Source: Octopus sinensis (Eukaryota). From it: 64,000 nucleotides of DNA. Position 1 is the first letter of the stretch. The number at the start of each line of letters is the position of its first letter. This document shows, piece by piece, positions 1 through 11,377 of this stretch. The notes below the pieces were generated by a model. The model did not search any database and was not told the DNA's origin. It saw only the letters and a list, made by a program, of their open reading frames with translations. Position numbers and translations under genes: made by a program. The DNA lies in contig NC_043018.1 of the NCBI RefSeq assembly GCF_006345805.1, positions 10,602,001 to 10,666,000 of the forward strand. Direction: 5' to 3'.

Positions 1-460
1 TCGTTGGCTAATTGTTTGGCTTCATTGTTGATGTCGTATGTGTGTGGGGAAGCGCGCCTATAATTCTGTGTAATATTGTTTTCTAGCAGCCTATCGTAGT
101 CTATCCTATATAGGTTTTTCGTCTTATCTGAGAAGATTAGGGACCTATCCGAGTTTTTTAGCAGTCTAATGTTGGCACGGAGCTTCCGTTGGAAGGAGCA
201 AGAGGACTTACGGAATTTTAGCTTGGGAATGATGCCCAGTAGGTCCATTTCGAAGGGTGGGTGTTTCCTAGATTTGACTCCATAGGTGTTGCTCTCCGGG
301 AATATCGTGGCTAGGTCGTGGTAGAAGGCTTCCCAACTCATTTGCCTTATTACGTCGATCATTTTTCGAGTGTACAGCTCATTGGACGGTGTAGGTATAC
401 TCTTAGTGGAGTAGCCGAGGCCAAAAGTGGTTTCCGTAAATATGTATATAAGCGTGGCCT
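1..460 (-). mobile_element. Penelope-like element, N-terminal ORF region (decayed, runs off the window)
   Basis: Manual minus-strand translation GYSTKSIPTP..RQMSWEAFY..TYGVKSRKHPP.FEMDL..KFRK..FQRKL..SDKTKNLY..LLENNITQNY..INNEAKQLA matches the pre-RT region of PLE proteins. Confidence 0.75.
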
Positions 461-754
461 GCTGGTCAGCTATTTAACACAAACCACGTGGCCTTTGTAA
501 AAAGCTCCGGCCAGGGAGTGAGATGGATCGTCGGTTGAACCTAAATCCGAAAAATAAGCACATTCTTGCTCCCGGACCAGAGTGTTTTACAAAGATCACG
601 TAGTTTGTGTTAAATAACTGACTAGGAATATAATTAAGATTCTCTAATGAGAACTAAGATTATAATGATCACGTGATAAGGATATCACGTGATAAGGATA
701 TGTCTGTTTACTTCATTGTCTCACCATGGAAGGGTGATTACCTCGCTCTCTCGC

Positions 755-945
755 TTTCCGTTATTTGACTGCGGCCTTGCTGGAGCACCGCCATTAGCCG
801 AACAAATCGACCCCCGGGACTTATTCGTTGTAAGCCCAGCACTTATTCTATCGGACTCTTTTGTCGAATCGCTATGTTACGGGGGCGTAAACACACCAGC
901 ATCGGTTGTCAAACGATGGTGGGAGAACAAAAACAGACACACAAA
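755..945 (-). mobile_element. tRNA/CORE-type SINE (family A), 3' part
   Basis: Reverse complement of the family A 3' segment (aaccgatgctggtgtgtttacg...ggcggtgctccagcaaggccgcagtcaaa), matching the copies at 34307 and 49336. Confidence 0.8.
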
Positions 946-1547
946 TACATACACATGTGTATATATATATATATATATCCTTGAGGTAAGGCTTTATTTC
1001 CACACACGCCAGCTTAATTTAATTCGTCCTTAGTCGAAAGACACCTGTTGTTATGTCCTGTTATTTGTATTTGTGCAACTTTCTCCGTTTTTTTTTTTTC
1101 GTCCTTGTTTTCGTATACATTCTCTGCTTTCTTCCAAGGAATCTAATGCTCTTGGCTTAGTATTTCCTTGGGGCTGGCCAGATTGGAGCAATCTCGAGTA
1201 TAAACAGCCGAAATTGCAAAGATACTCTGGAACTCGACTGATGAAAGAAAACTCTGACTGATCCGTTCTTGTTTTCTTTGTATCGTCTATCTGGATATTT
1301 TGTTGTCCCTTTCTTGTGTCACCCAACTGTCTGGATGTTTTGCGTTCTTTTCCCATTTTGTATTTATATACATACATATACATAGTGGTCGTATACTGTC
1401 AACTCAATGTGACAGTCCCGTAAGAGAATTACATCACCGCCATTTAGCCCTAGGAAACATCAACGTTTCCTATCGGCTTTGATACATTTTCTGTGTCCTT
1501 ATATTTGCAAAGGGGAGGCAATCACCCCCGCCAGCTGGGACAAGGCA

Positions 1548-1593
1548 CCTGAAGACATATGTTTCTGAGTGTATTTCTCGTCGTCAGTCCAGG
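1548..1593 (-). ncRNA. Minimal type I hammerhead ribozyme (C3:G8 core)
   Basis: Minus strand CCUGGA-CUGACGA-c-GAG aaauaca CUC-a-GAAA-CAUAUG-UC-UUCAGG: 6-bp stem I, palindromic stem III, GUC cleavage triplet. Confidence 0.75.
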
Positions 1594-1748
1594 GTAGTCA
1601 GTCTCGCTCGCTGAGATGACTGCAACCCCTTCGCAAATATATCCTATTTTCAGTAAAATTTATTTACTGATCACCGAAATTAGAAATATTGAATTTCTAA
1701 ATGTCTCAGAGAGAAATTCAATATTTCTATATATACATATATACGAAA

Positions 1749-1896
1749 GGCTTCTTTCAGTTTCCGTCTACCAAATCCACTCACAAGGGTAGATGGCAGT
1801 TGCCGAAGTAGATGACTGTTGCCCAAGGTGTCACGCAGTGGGACTGAACCCGGAACTATGTGGTTGGGAATCAAGCTTCTTACCACATAGCCACTC

Positions 1897-1903
<7 letters not shown>
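1749..1903 (-). mobile_element. SINE family A, 5' tRNA head plus CORE-like part
   Basis: Reverse complement of ggtgcaggagtggctatgtggtaagaag...gttcagtcccactgcgtgacaccttgggca, with A/B-box-like motifs. Confidence 0.85.
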
Positions 1904-1929
<26 letters not shown>

Positions 1930-2239
1930 AGCGTGTGTGTGTGTGAGTGTGTGTGTGTGTGTGTGTGTACATATACATAACACATGAACAAAGATCACGC
2001 CAGCATCAGCGGCACCGGCGGAGTTACCAGTCCCACGCCTAGAATTAACAGCGACGGCAGCCACGTCATCTGCTGCAGAGGCAACACCAAAATATTGCGA
2101 CCGGGGATGACTGCCACAACGACAATAACTACAGCGATGTCGCTGGACCGACGCCCTCTAATAACATCACCGATGACGGCTGCAACAACAGCAGCAGTAA
2201 CAGCAACTCCAGGCCCGGAACCAACAGAAGATACACCAA

Positions 2240-2940
2240 AAACGTGAACACAACCAGCACTTAAGTTCGGAGATTCATCTGGTCGGCCGGAACTGCCTTT
2301 AAGTGGTGCCAGTACAACCATAGGTCCTTCTTTAGGGTTCCGGATAGACATTGTGTCACGTCCCTGGCCAGCCACGTGTTGCGCCTTAAGGATGAAGGAA
2401 CTCCATACAAAATTAAATGGAAGATCATAGAGCAGCCGGGGTGCTGTATAAACGGGAACAAACGATGCAAGCTTTGCAAAGCAGAGCGGACAAGAATCCT
2501 TAAAGATTTGATAGACCCAGAATCTTCTTAAACTCAAGACACTAGATCTATAGCCTCTGCCACTATTTAAAACGTTACTCGCTGCATGCGTGGGATTCTC
2601 CGTTTGTCAATTTGGGCTGTTAAAAGTACTTCTAGACCGGAATCAAGCCAAACGCTGGAGATTCCTTGTTCGTCTTTTATGTCCATAAGATTTGCCAACC
2701 GGACCAGACTAAGGGGGATAACTCCTCCCATTTAAGGTTCAGCCGGTGTATATTATTCTTTTGTTTATAAATTAACTGACCGTAACTGTTCTCTACCTCC
2801 AGTTTGAAGAGAGGTTATATCCCTGCGGCCATTGCAGTCTGGCAAGTCGTCAATAAAGCTGAGCGCTTTATGGATGCGAAACCGTTGCTCACTCAATCAC
2901 CGAATATATATTTAACTTCATGTAAATATATTACTGCTCT
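2240..2940 (+). mobile_element. PLE GIY-YIG endonuclease remnant plus 3' region
   Basis: Plus-strand translation ..WSAGTAFKW..NHRSFFR..TSLASHV.RLKDEG.PYKIKWKIIE..NGNKRCKLC..ER parallels the GIY-YIG domain at 8659-9096. Confidence 0.7.
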
Positions 2941-2993
2941 AATCTACCCTTTAGAGTGATCTTTTCCAGATATGTGATACACTGACAATGTAA

Positions 2994-3152
2994 GGCGCAG
3001 GAGTGGCTGTGTGGTAAGAAGCTTGCTTCCCAACCACATGGTTCCGGGTCTAGTCCCACTGCGTGGCACCTTGGGCAAGTGTCTTCTACTATAGCCTCGG
3101 GCCGACCAAAGCCTTGTGAGTGGATTTGGTAGACGGAAATTGAAAGAAGCCC
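2994..3152 (+). mobile_element. SINE family A, 5' part
   Basis: ggcgcaggagtggctgtgtggtaagaagcttgc...ccttgggcaagtgtctt...gaaagaagccc. Confidence 0.85.
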
Positions 3153-3215
3153 ATCGAGATGACTTGAAAAAAGAACTGAATGAAAGGAAGGAAGATGATA
3201 ATAATAATAATAATG

Positions 3216-3270
<55 letters not shown>

Positions 3271-3442
3271 TGATGATAACGGTGACCTCCAACGAACTAA
3301 GGTGCACAAGTGCGTCTGTGTATGTGAGAATGGTGCGTCTATGTATGAGTATGTGTGAACGGGGGTGGGGGGAGCATGCATGTGTGAACGAGTTGAAATG
3401 TATGTGTGTGTGTGCATTCGTTTGTACACACACACACACACT

Positions 3443-3492
<50 letters not shown>

Positions 3493-3721
3493 TATATTAT
3501 GTGTATCTATCTCTGTGTGACTGTATTCGTGTTCCTTCAGTCCTCATCAATCCAGTCTGTCTTGACCTCCATCTCTCACACAAATTAACGTTAATCTTCT
3601 TTAATCACCTTAAGAAGATAATTGATATAATTAGTGTATCTCGGTGGTTCTTTGGTGAACTTGTTTGTCTGTTGTTATTGTGGCTGTTTGCCAACATTCT
3701 AGAATTAGACTGCGGGGCCTA

Positions 3722-3760
<39 letters not shown>

Positions 3761-3779
3761 TGTGTCTGTGTGTGTGTGT

Positions 3780-4313
3780 GTGTGGTGGTATTGCTGCGGC
3801 TGTTAGTGATATTGTGGCAATTGTGGTAATTTTAGTTGGCGGTGGTGTTGGTGGTGTTGGTGGTGTTGGCGGTGGTGGTCGTCGTCGTCATTGTCGTTGT
3901 ATTAGTAATGCTGGTGGTGGTAGTAGTAGTGGTGGTGGTGGTGGTGGTGGTGGTGGTGGTGGTGGTGGTGGTGGTGGTGGTAGTAGTGGTGGTGGTGGTG
4001 GTGGTGGTGGTGGTTTTGGTAGTAGTGGTAGTAGTAGTGGTGGTGGTGGTGGTGGTGGTGGTGGTGGTGGTGGTGGTGGTGGTGGTGGTAGTGGTGGTAG
4101 TGGTGGTGGTGGTGGTGGTGGTGGTAGTAGTGGTCGTCGTCGTCGTGTTAGCGTTGGTGTTGGTGGTGGTGTTTATATTGTTGGTGGTAGTGGTATTAGT
4201 GGTTGTGGTAATGGTGGTGGTGTTGGTGTTGTTCTTTTTGTTGTTGTTTTTACTGCTGGTGGTGGTGATGGTGCTGGTGGTCGTGGTGGAGGTAGTGTTC
4301 TTTTTGTTGTTAG

Positions 4314-4344
<31 letters not shown>

Positions 4345-4382
4345 GGTGGTGGTGGTGGTGGTGGTTACGGCGGCGGCGGCGT
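3780..4382. repeat. Compound (GGT)n/(AGT)n/(GTT)n trinucleotide array
   Basis: Directly visible; it accounts for the poly-G and poly-V ORFs. Confidence 0.95.
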
Positions 4383-4704
4383 GGTTAATTGCTTGCCCAA
4401 ACTGATTAACGTCTATGTTAATATTAGTTCATGTTAACTGATTAATGACTACGAAATTATTAATTAATTAATTCTCATAGCTGATTAACCACTGTGGTTA
4501 GTACTAATTAATTGAGTTTATATCAATCAGTCATGTTAAACACACTAATGACTCTACTGTATATTAACGTAGGTGTAGTATCCTTGTTTGTTAATTGCAG
4601 CCATGTTAATTGCCCTAATTAACAAAAATATCACCTGATGTGTTGCAAGGAAATGTTGTCTGGTATATTACAGAAATAACTCACCTTAAATCCGTTGAGA
4701 ATTG

Positions 4705-4995
4705 AGTAAAGCTTTGAAACGTCAAACAAAAGATATCTTGTGGTATTTTTTCTGACTTTTTACATTCCGAGTTCAAATCCTACCGAAGTCAACTTTGTTT
4801 TTCATTTTTTTCTAGGGCGATAAGATAAAGTTCACCAGTCAGTTTAGTTAAGTGACCCCTTTGGGATCAATGAAATAAAATAGCAGTCAGTTTAGTTAAG
4901 CGACCCCTTCCGTCATTCTGGGGCCAATGAAATAAGTACCAGTCAGTTTAGTTAAGTGACCCCTGTAATCCCTTCGAAGTTGATAAAATAAAGTA
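4705..4995 (+). mobile_element. Degenerate SINE family B with a locally triplicated tail
   Basis: cgagttcaaatcctaccgaagtcaactttg followed by three copies of cagtcagtttagttaagYgacccct. Confidence 0.6.
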
Positions 4996-5214
4996 CCAGT
5001 AAATTATTGATGAAAGTTTAATTACCCCCCCCCCCCGGGGGGCGTAGAAGTACTGGTGACGTATTAAATAAATGAAATTATAAAACAGCTTCACTACAAA
5101 ATCTACTATAATAATACTCTTGTGTTTTTCTCCGTCACAACATATGAACGAGAAAGGAAGGGGTGATAGAGGAATAAGGAAGGAAGAGGTGATGGCAAAC
5201 TGATAGTGGGAGAG

Positions 5215-5525
5215 TTTCAACTCAGTGTTTCCTTCTCGAGCCATGCCTGGCTCATAGGCGCCGATTTCCCGGTTTCCTTGGCGTATAGGTTCCCCACCTG
5301 GACGGGACGCCAGTCCATCGCAGGTGAGCTGCAAGATGCAGGAGGAAAGAGTGAGAGAAAGTTGTGGTGAAAGAGTCAGCAGAAGTTCGCCATTACCTTC
5401 TGCCGGAGCCGCGTGGAGCTAAGGTGTTTCGCTCATAAACACACATCGCCCGGTCTGAGATTCGAACCCACGATCCCTCGACCGCGAGTCCGCTGCTCTA
5501 ACTACTAGGCCATGTGCCTCCACAA
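5215..5525 (-). mobile_element. tRNA-derived SINE (family C)
   Basis: Minus strand ggaggcacatggcctagtagttagagcagcggactcgcggtcgagggatcgtgggttcgaatctc (A/B boxes), then a non-tRNA body with tail gcgatggactggcgtcccgtcc...gaaaccgggaaa. Confidence 0.8.
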
Positions 5526-5529
5526 AAAA

Positions 5530-5782
5530 ATGCGCCCTTTTAAAGCCTAGCCAGGCTCATGGGCCTGGTTTCCCGGTTTCAATGGCGTATGTGTTCTCCA
5601 TACGGGACGGGACGCCAGTCCATCGCAGCGTTACTCATTTTTGCCAGCTGAGTAGACTGGAGCAACGTGAAATGAAATGTTTTGCTCAAGAACACAGCGC
5701 GTCGCCCGGTCCAGGAATCGAAACCACAATCTTACGATCACGATGCTGACACCCTAACCACTAAGCCACGCGCCTCCACTTT
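5530..5782 (-). mobile_element. tRNA-derived SINE related to family C (shared tail)
   Basis: Head ggaggcgcgtggcttagtggttaggg...gtttcgattcc; same gcgatggactggcgtcccgtcc tail as the neighbouring copy. Confidence 0.75.
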
Positions 5783-5826
5783 CAACTCAGTGTGAGTATA
5801 TGTGTATGTAAAAGGGTGGTATGTGA

Positions 5827-5866
<40 letters not shown>

Positions 5867-6166
5867 AATGGAAGTGAGATGGTGAACATTCTACGCTAAA
5901 AAGAAAAACCAAACAGCGTTTCAACTCTATGTGTGTATGTATGTGTGTGTGTGCGTGCGTGTACAAGGGAAGTATGCGAATGTTTGTAGTGTGAACCGGC
6001 TTTCTTTCAGTAACAAACAATGATCGATGTCACATCTCAAAAGACAACCACTGGATAACATTGACAAGTGTATCAATTTGATTTACCATCCATATTCACA
6101 TATGAAATTCTACAATTATGGCCGTCATTTTTTATGGTACGGAGCCAACTAGTGTAGAATAAATCA

Positions 6167-6585
6167 TGGAGTGGTTGTGTGTTAAGAAGTTTGCTTCCCA
6201 ACCACATCGTTCGGGGTTCAGTCCTACTGCGTGGCACCTTGGACAAGCGCCTTCTAGCCTCGGGCCGACCATAGACTTGTGAGTGGATTTGGTGAACGAA
6301 AGCGGGAAGAAGTCCGTCGTATATATACATATCTGTGTGTGTGTGTCTTTGTGTTTGCCCCCCCCCCAATCACCACTGCTTAATAATCGGTGCTGGTGTG
6401 TTTACGTCCCCGTAACTTAGAGGTTCGATGAAAGAGACGGATAGAATAAGTATCGGGCTTTATTATTTTTTTTAAATAAGTACTGGGATCGATACAATCG
6501 ACTAAAATTTTCTTCAAAGCGGTGCTCTAGCATGGCCGCAGTCAAACGACCGAACCGAGTAAAAGCTAAGAGACAAAAGCTCTTA
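6167..6585 (+). mobile_element. SINE family A, near full length
   Basis: Colinear with the 34307 copy, including the internal (TG)n. Confidence 0.85.
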
Positions 6586-6949
6586 AAATGTAAGCATGAT
6601 GTCTCCGTTTGCGGATGGTCAGAAATGGGTGCTCAGTTCACAGTAAGATCCCCAAAAAAGTACTGAAACCAGTGAGGCAGATAACCTCGTTTCCTGCCCA
6701 TTAAGAAAATTGCCGCCAACCACCGAACGATTTTCGTCTCCCGCTGATACACATCTGCGTTTTTTGACACTGCACGTCTATAAGAGATATCATCCATAGA
6801 CGAATACTTCAGTTAATTGCGCTTTCAGTGGTGTGTCTAAACAAGCAAATTGTTATTTATGAGGACTTTGTTTATTTAATGAGTTTAATTTACCCAGTTT
6901 CTGTCGACTGAGAATTCAGGCACACTCTAAAGAACATTGTGTGGGTATG

Positions 6950-6981
6950 CGCACACGTATGTGTATGCCTGTTATATACGT

Positions 6982-7029
<48 letters not shown>

Positions 7030-7689
7030 GCGTGTGTGTGTGTGTATATTGTGCGTGTATGTTTTAATGTATGTATGTATAAATACGTGTGTGTGTGTGT
7101 ATGTGCGTGTATGTGTATATGCATGTGTGTATATATGTGTGTGTATGTGTTAATGTATGTATGTGTATATATATATATGTGTGTGTATGTGCGTGTATGT
7201 GTTAATGTATTATATATACGTGTGTGTGTATGTGTGCGTGTATGTGTATATGCATGTGTGTATATATGTGTGTGTATGTGTTAATGTATATATGTATATA
7301 TACGTGTGTGTGTGTGTATGTGCGTGTATGTGTATATGCATGTGTGTATATATGTGTGTGTATGTGTTAATGTATATATGTATATATACGTGTGTGTATG
7401 TGCGTGTATATGTATATGCATGTGTGTATATATGTGTGTGTATGTGTTAATGTATGTATGTATATATATATATATGTGTCTGCTTGAATGTGTGTGTATG
7501 TATAGATATATATGTATGTATGTATGTATCTATGTATCTATGTATGTATGTATGTATGTATGTATGTATGTATGTATGTATGTATGTATAGATATATATG
7601 TATGTATGTATGTATCTATGTATCTATGTATGTATCTATGTATGTATGTATGTATGTATGTATCTATGTATGTATGTATGTATGTATAG

Positions 7690-7720
<31 letters not shown>

Positions 7721-7805
7721 TGTATGTATGTATGTATGTATGTATGTATGTATGCATGTATGTATGTATCTATGTATGTATGTATGTATAGATATGTATG
7801 TATGT
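6950..7805. repeat. (TG)/(TA) array with ~60-80-bp higher-order units, followed by (TATG)n
   Basis: Recurrent gtgtatgtgcgtgtatgtgtatatgcatg...gttaatgta units; (TATG)n at 7510-7805. Confidence 0.9.
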
Positions 7806-8221
7806 GCATTAATCGGTGCGCTCGCTCGCGCGTGCATTGGTAGAATGAATTAGAGCGTGAGACAAAACGTCTCGCGGTGCTTGTTGTGGCTCTCGTTCAA
7901 ACCCTAACGGAGTCGTCCTTGCCTTTCTTTCATTCGGGGGTGGGGGCCATAAATGAAATAGCAACCCAGTTCTGGACGAACTCCCATTTCCCCCAGAGCC
8001 GTCACATTCTGCATTCTGAACACTTCATTGGTTCGAGACTGAGGAGGGATAACAGAGTGTCTTCTATGTCGGATTGTAACTAAACGAACGCCTAAAGCAA
8101 TTAGTGAAAGCATCGTACACGCTACCCGATCATCCTTGATTGCGGGTGATATCCGTAACGTGTGTGTGTATAATTATATATATATACATATATATATATA
8201 TAATATAATATATATATATAT

Positions 8222-8302
<81 letters not shown>

Positions 8303-8334
8303 ATATATAATATATATATATATATATATTGATA

Positions 8335-9670
8335 AAACGGTAAGATAACAAAAGAAAGAAAGAGACCTCAATATTATGTAAATAGAGGAAATTTATCTAT
8401 ACAATATGTTACATTACTCGGTAGTCAAGATAAAACTCAGATGCCGAAGTGGAAATCCACAACACCATCTCTTCGGTTATCTGGCTATTTGAAAACGTTA
8501 TGAAAAAATACCGTTAAAAATGAAGGGAAATTACTCTGTTATAACTCTGCTTTGCCTGCGTACTTATACATCGCTCGCATTTTTCGTCATAAAAATTATA
8601 TAAAAATATATAAAAAATATAAAATCTTCTTGGGACATAACACAGAAAGCATGTTCTACTATCCGTTTTCTTTAGGGGACCAAAAACGTAACCGAAATTT
8701 AGTCACATGTGGGCATGATCCGAAAAGCTCTGTCCTTGTATTTAGACATGTGGTAGGGTCTAAGCTGCTTTTCCAGATAAGCCATCTCTCCATGTCGCAT
8801 AAACCGCACCTTCCGCTGCCGTTAGTATAGGGCTTACATCTGGCCAAAATCTTCCATTGTATGTTATAATCGACACCTTTATCTCTTAAAGACCAAATAT
8901 GATTGGATAATTGTGTCGCTTTTCTTTTGTTCCAGTGCCTAAAGCTCAAAGTGTGGTTATTGAACCTGGCCTTGAAATTACCCTCTGTCAGGCCCACGTA
9001 TTTCTTCGTCGAAACGGTGTCTTTAGTGGTTATAGAGTTTACGGTAGCTTCATATATGATGGTCTTGGACATGCAAGCTCCATTTAGCGGGCACAATTCT
9101 TTATTCCTGCATGAACAGCTGTTTTCTTCTTGTTGTTTTTTTGTATGTTATGATTGATTATGTTTTTAAAAAATTGGTAGTTGAACTAAAACTAATTTTT
9201 TAATTGTGTCTATTGAAGAGTTTCCTATAAGCATGGTTAACTGGAAAATGTCTATCTATCAGTGCTAGGAAATATTTACCTATATTGAAGGCCACCTCGG
9301 TGAGTAAGGGGGCGTAAACCAGATGACCTTCCTATTTCTATTATTCCTTTTCCTTATTGTTGGGCTGGTGATAGGTGTATATTTTATTTTTCGCTAAAAC
9401 CACTATCTTTTAACTTTATTATAAACTGGGGCAACGCTATTGAAGATGTCCTCATTAGATGAGAGGCTAGAAATCCCTTACTAATATTTTTAACTAAATT
9501 TTTGAATACTATAGGGGATGGCATGAACCTACATTAATATAACTTAGTCTATCATTGGGCTTCCTATAAGGCTTATAAATATTATTATTAAGATCTAAGG
9601 AAACGTCTAAGAAATTGACAACCGTCAGGTTAGTGTCTATAGTTATACTAAGTCCGAAGTGTTTCATTAA
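8335..9670 (-). mobile_element. PLE 3' part: RT C-terminus, Cys linker, GIY-YIG endonuclease, 3' UTR (frameshifted)
   Basis: GLSITIDTNLTVVNFLDVSLDL..YRKPND; CSCRNK/CPLNGAC; IIYEATV..KKYVGLTEGNFKARFNNH..RCGLC..E..LNTRTELFGSCPH. Architecture resembles Hydra-group PLEs. Confidence 0.9.
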
Positions 9671-10585
9671 CTTACTCACCCGAGGTGGCCTTCAATATAG
9701 GTAAATATTTCCTAGCACTGATAGATAGACATTTTCCAGTTAACCATGCTTATAGGAAACTCTTCAATAGACACAATTTAAAAATTAGTTTTAGTTCAAC
9801 TACCAATTTTAAAAACATAATCAATCATAACATACAAAAACACAAGAAGAAAACAGCTGTTCATGCAGGAATAAGAATTGTGCCCGCTAAATGGAGCTTG
9901 CATGTCCAAGACCATCATATATGAAGCTACCGTAAACTCTATACCACTAAAGACACCGTTTCGACGAAGAAATACGTGGGCCTGACAGAGGGTAATTTCA
10001 AGGCCAGGTTCAATAACCACACTTTGAGCTTTAGGCACTGGAACAAAAGAAAAGCGACACAATTATCCAATCATATTTGGTCTTTAAGAGATAAAGGTGT
10101 CGATTATAACATACAATGGAAGATTTTGGCCAGATGTAAGCCCTATACTAACGGCAGCGGAAGGTGCGGTTTATGCGACATGGAGAGATGGCTTATCTGG
10201 AAAAGCAGCTTAGACCCTACCACATGTCTAAATACAAGGACAGAGCTTTTCGGATCATGCCCACATGTGACTAAATTTCTGTTACGTTTTTGGTCCCCTA
10301 AAGAAAACGGATAGAACATGCTTTCTGTGTTATGTCCCAAGAAGATTTTATATATTTTTATATATTTTTATATAATTTTTATGACGAAAAATGCGAGCGA
10401 TGTATAAGTACGCAGGCAAAGCAGAGTTATAACAGAGTAATTTCCCTTCATTTTTAACGGTATTTTTTCATAACGTTTTCAAATAGCCAGATAACCGAAG
10501 AGATGGTGTTGTGGATTTCCACTTCGGCATCTGAAACTCAGAGTTTTTCTCTGTGACTACCGAGTAATGTAACATATTGTATAGA
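9671..10585 (+). mobile_element. Inverted copy of the same PLE 3' end
   Basis: Near-identical reverse complement of about 8390-9308; ORFs 9685-9924 and 9976-10314. Confidence 0.9.
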
Positions 10586-10613
10586 TATATATATATATAA
10601 TATATGTGTGTGT

Positions 10614-10662
<49 letters not shown>

Positions 10663-10809
10663 ATAATCAAAAAGGGTAATAACATAGGTTATTATTACCA
10701 GTGGCCTAGCACAAAAGATGAATTAGTCATTAGACAAAATATTATTCATATAGAAAAATATTATTCATTCTATTATATTTCTATTATATTTCTATATATA
10801 TATATATGT

Positions 10810-10996
10810 AGGGAAAGTTTACGAAAATAAACAAAAGACGAAGGCAGGTGGAGTACAAACAAACAAATGTATTAGTATAACGCTCAGGAATAGAAAAAGT
10901 CTTTTACGTTTCGAGCCTACGCTCTTCTACAGAAAGGTCCCCAGAAAAAACAAGGAGAGAAAAAAATGTGTGTAGTGGCTAACGATCTATCATGGC
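10810..10996 (-). mobile_element. Short non-autonomous PLE-like element carrying a CUGUAGA hammerhead-like motif (10901-10936)
   Basis: Homologous to 33405-33620; CUUU-CUGUAGA-a-GAGC guag GCUC-GAAA-CG-UA-AAAG. Confidence 0.65.
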
Positions 10997-11008
10997 CTCA
11001 TATATATA

Positions 11009-11046
<38 letters not shown>

Positions 11047-11313
11047 ATATATAATAGGAAAAAAGCAACAAGAATGGATTAAAATCTCGGTACAATTGTT
11101 TCGTACGAGGACATCTTTAATAAGCTACAAAAAATGCAGTAAATATAGATGGCTCGTACCGAGATTTTAATCCATTCTTGTTGCTTTTTTCCTATTTGTA
11201 ATCACCCCACTTGTCGTATGGTTAACACCATATAGATTTCCGGTGCATCCTAGTTAAGGACCATATTCATGTGAATTCATTAGAATTCACTTGAATCTCA
11301 ATTACTTAAACCT

Positions 11314-11376
<63 letters not shown>

Positions 11377-11377
<1 letters not shown>

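Noticed and set aside
510-575. Possible hammerhead (ggat..atcc-gaaa)
   Set aside because: No CUGANGA-like core; at most a deleted remnant.
1165-1260. ggctgg..cagcc-gaaa-ttgcaa and a downstream ctgatga
   Set aside because: Parts are in the wrong order for any HHR topology and there is no NUH site.
2795-2895. ttgaagagagg..ccct and tgagc..gaaaccgttgctca
   Set aside because: Only partial HHR-like pieces; the core or GAAA is missing in each.
3724-4437. 237-aa Gly-rich and 189-aa Val-rich ORFs
   Set aside because: Translations of (GGT)n. The same applies to the ORFs over (TATG)n, (CA)n, (ATT)n, (GAA)n and (CT)n throughout the track.
4836-4964. Three 25-bp repeats with variable spacers, CRISPR-like
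   Set aside because: Spacers are related to each other and to the SINE B tail; eukaryotic context; no cas genes.
5455-5522. Apparent tRNA gene (also 5715-5782 and 63766-63830)
   Set aside because: No complete acceptor stem; each continues into a repeat body, so these are SINE heads.
10380-10560. Expected HHR in the 3' end of the inverted PLE
   Set aside because: Hairpins are present (ccgaag..cttcgg) but no core/GAAA arrangement was found on either strand.
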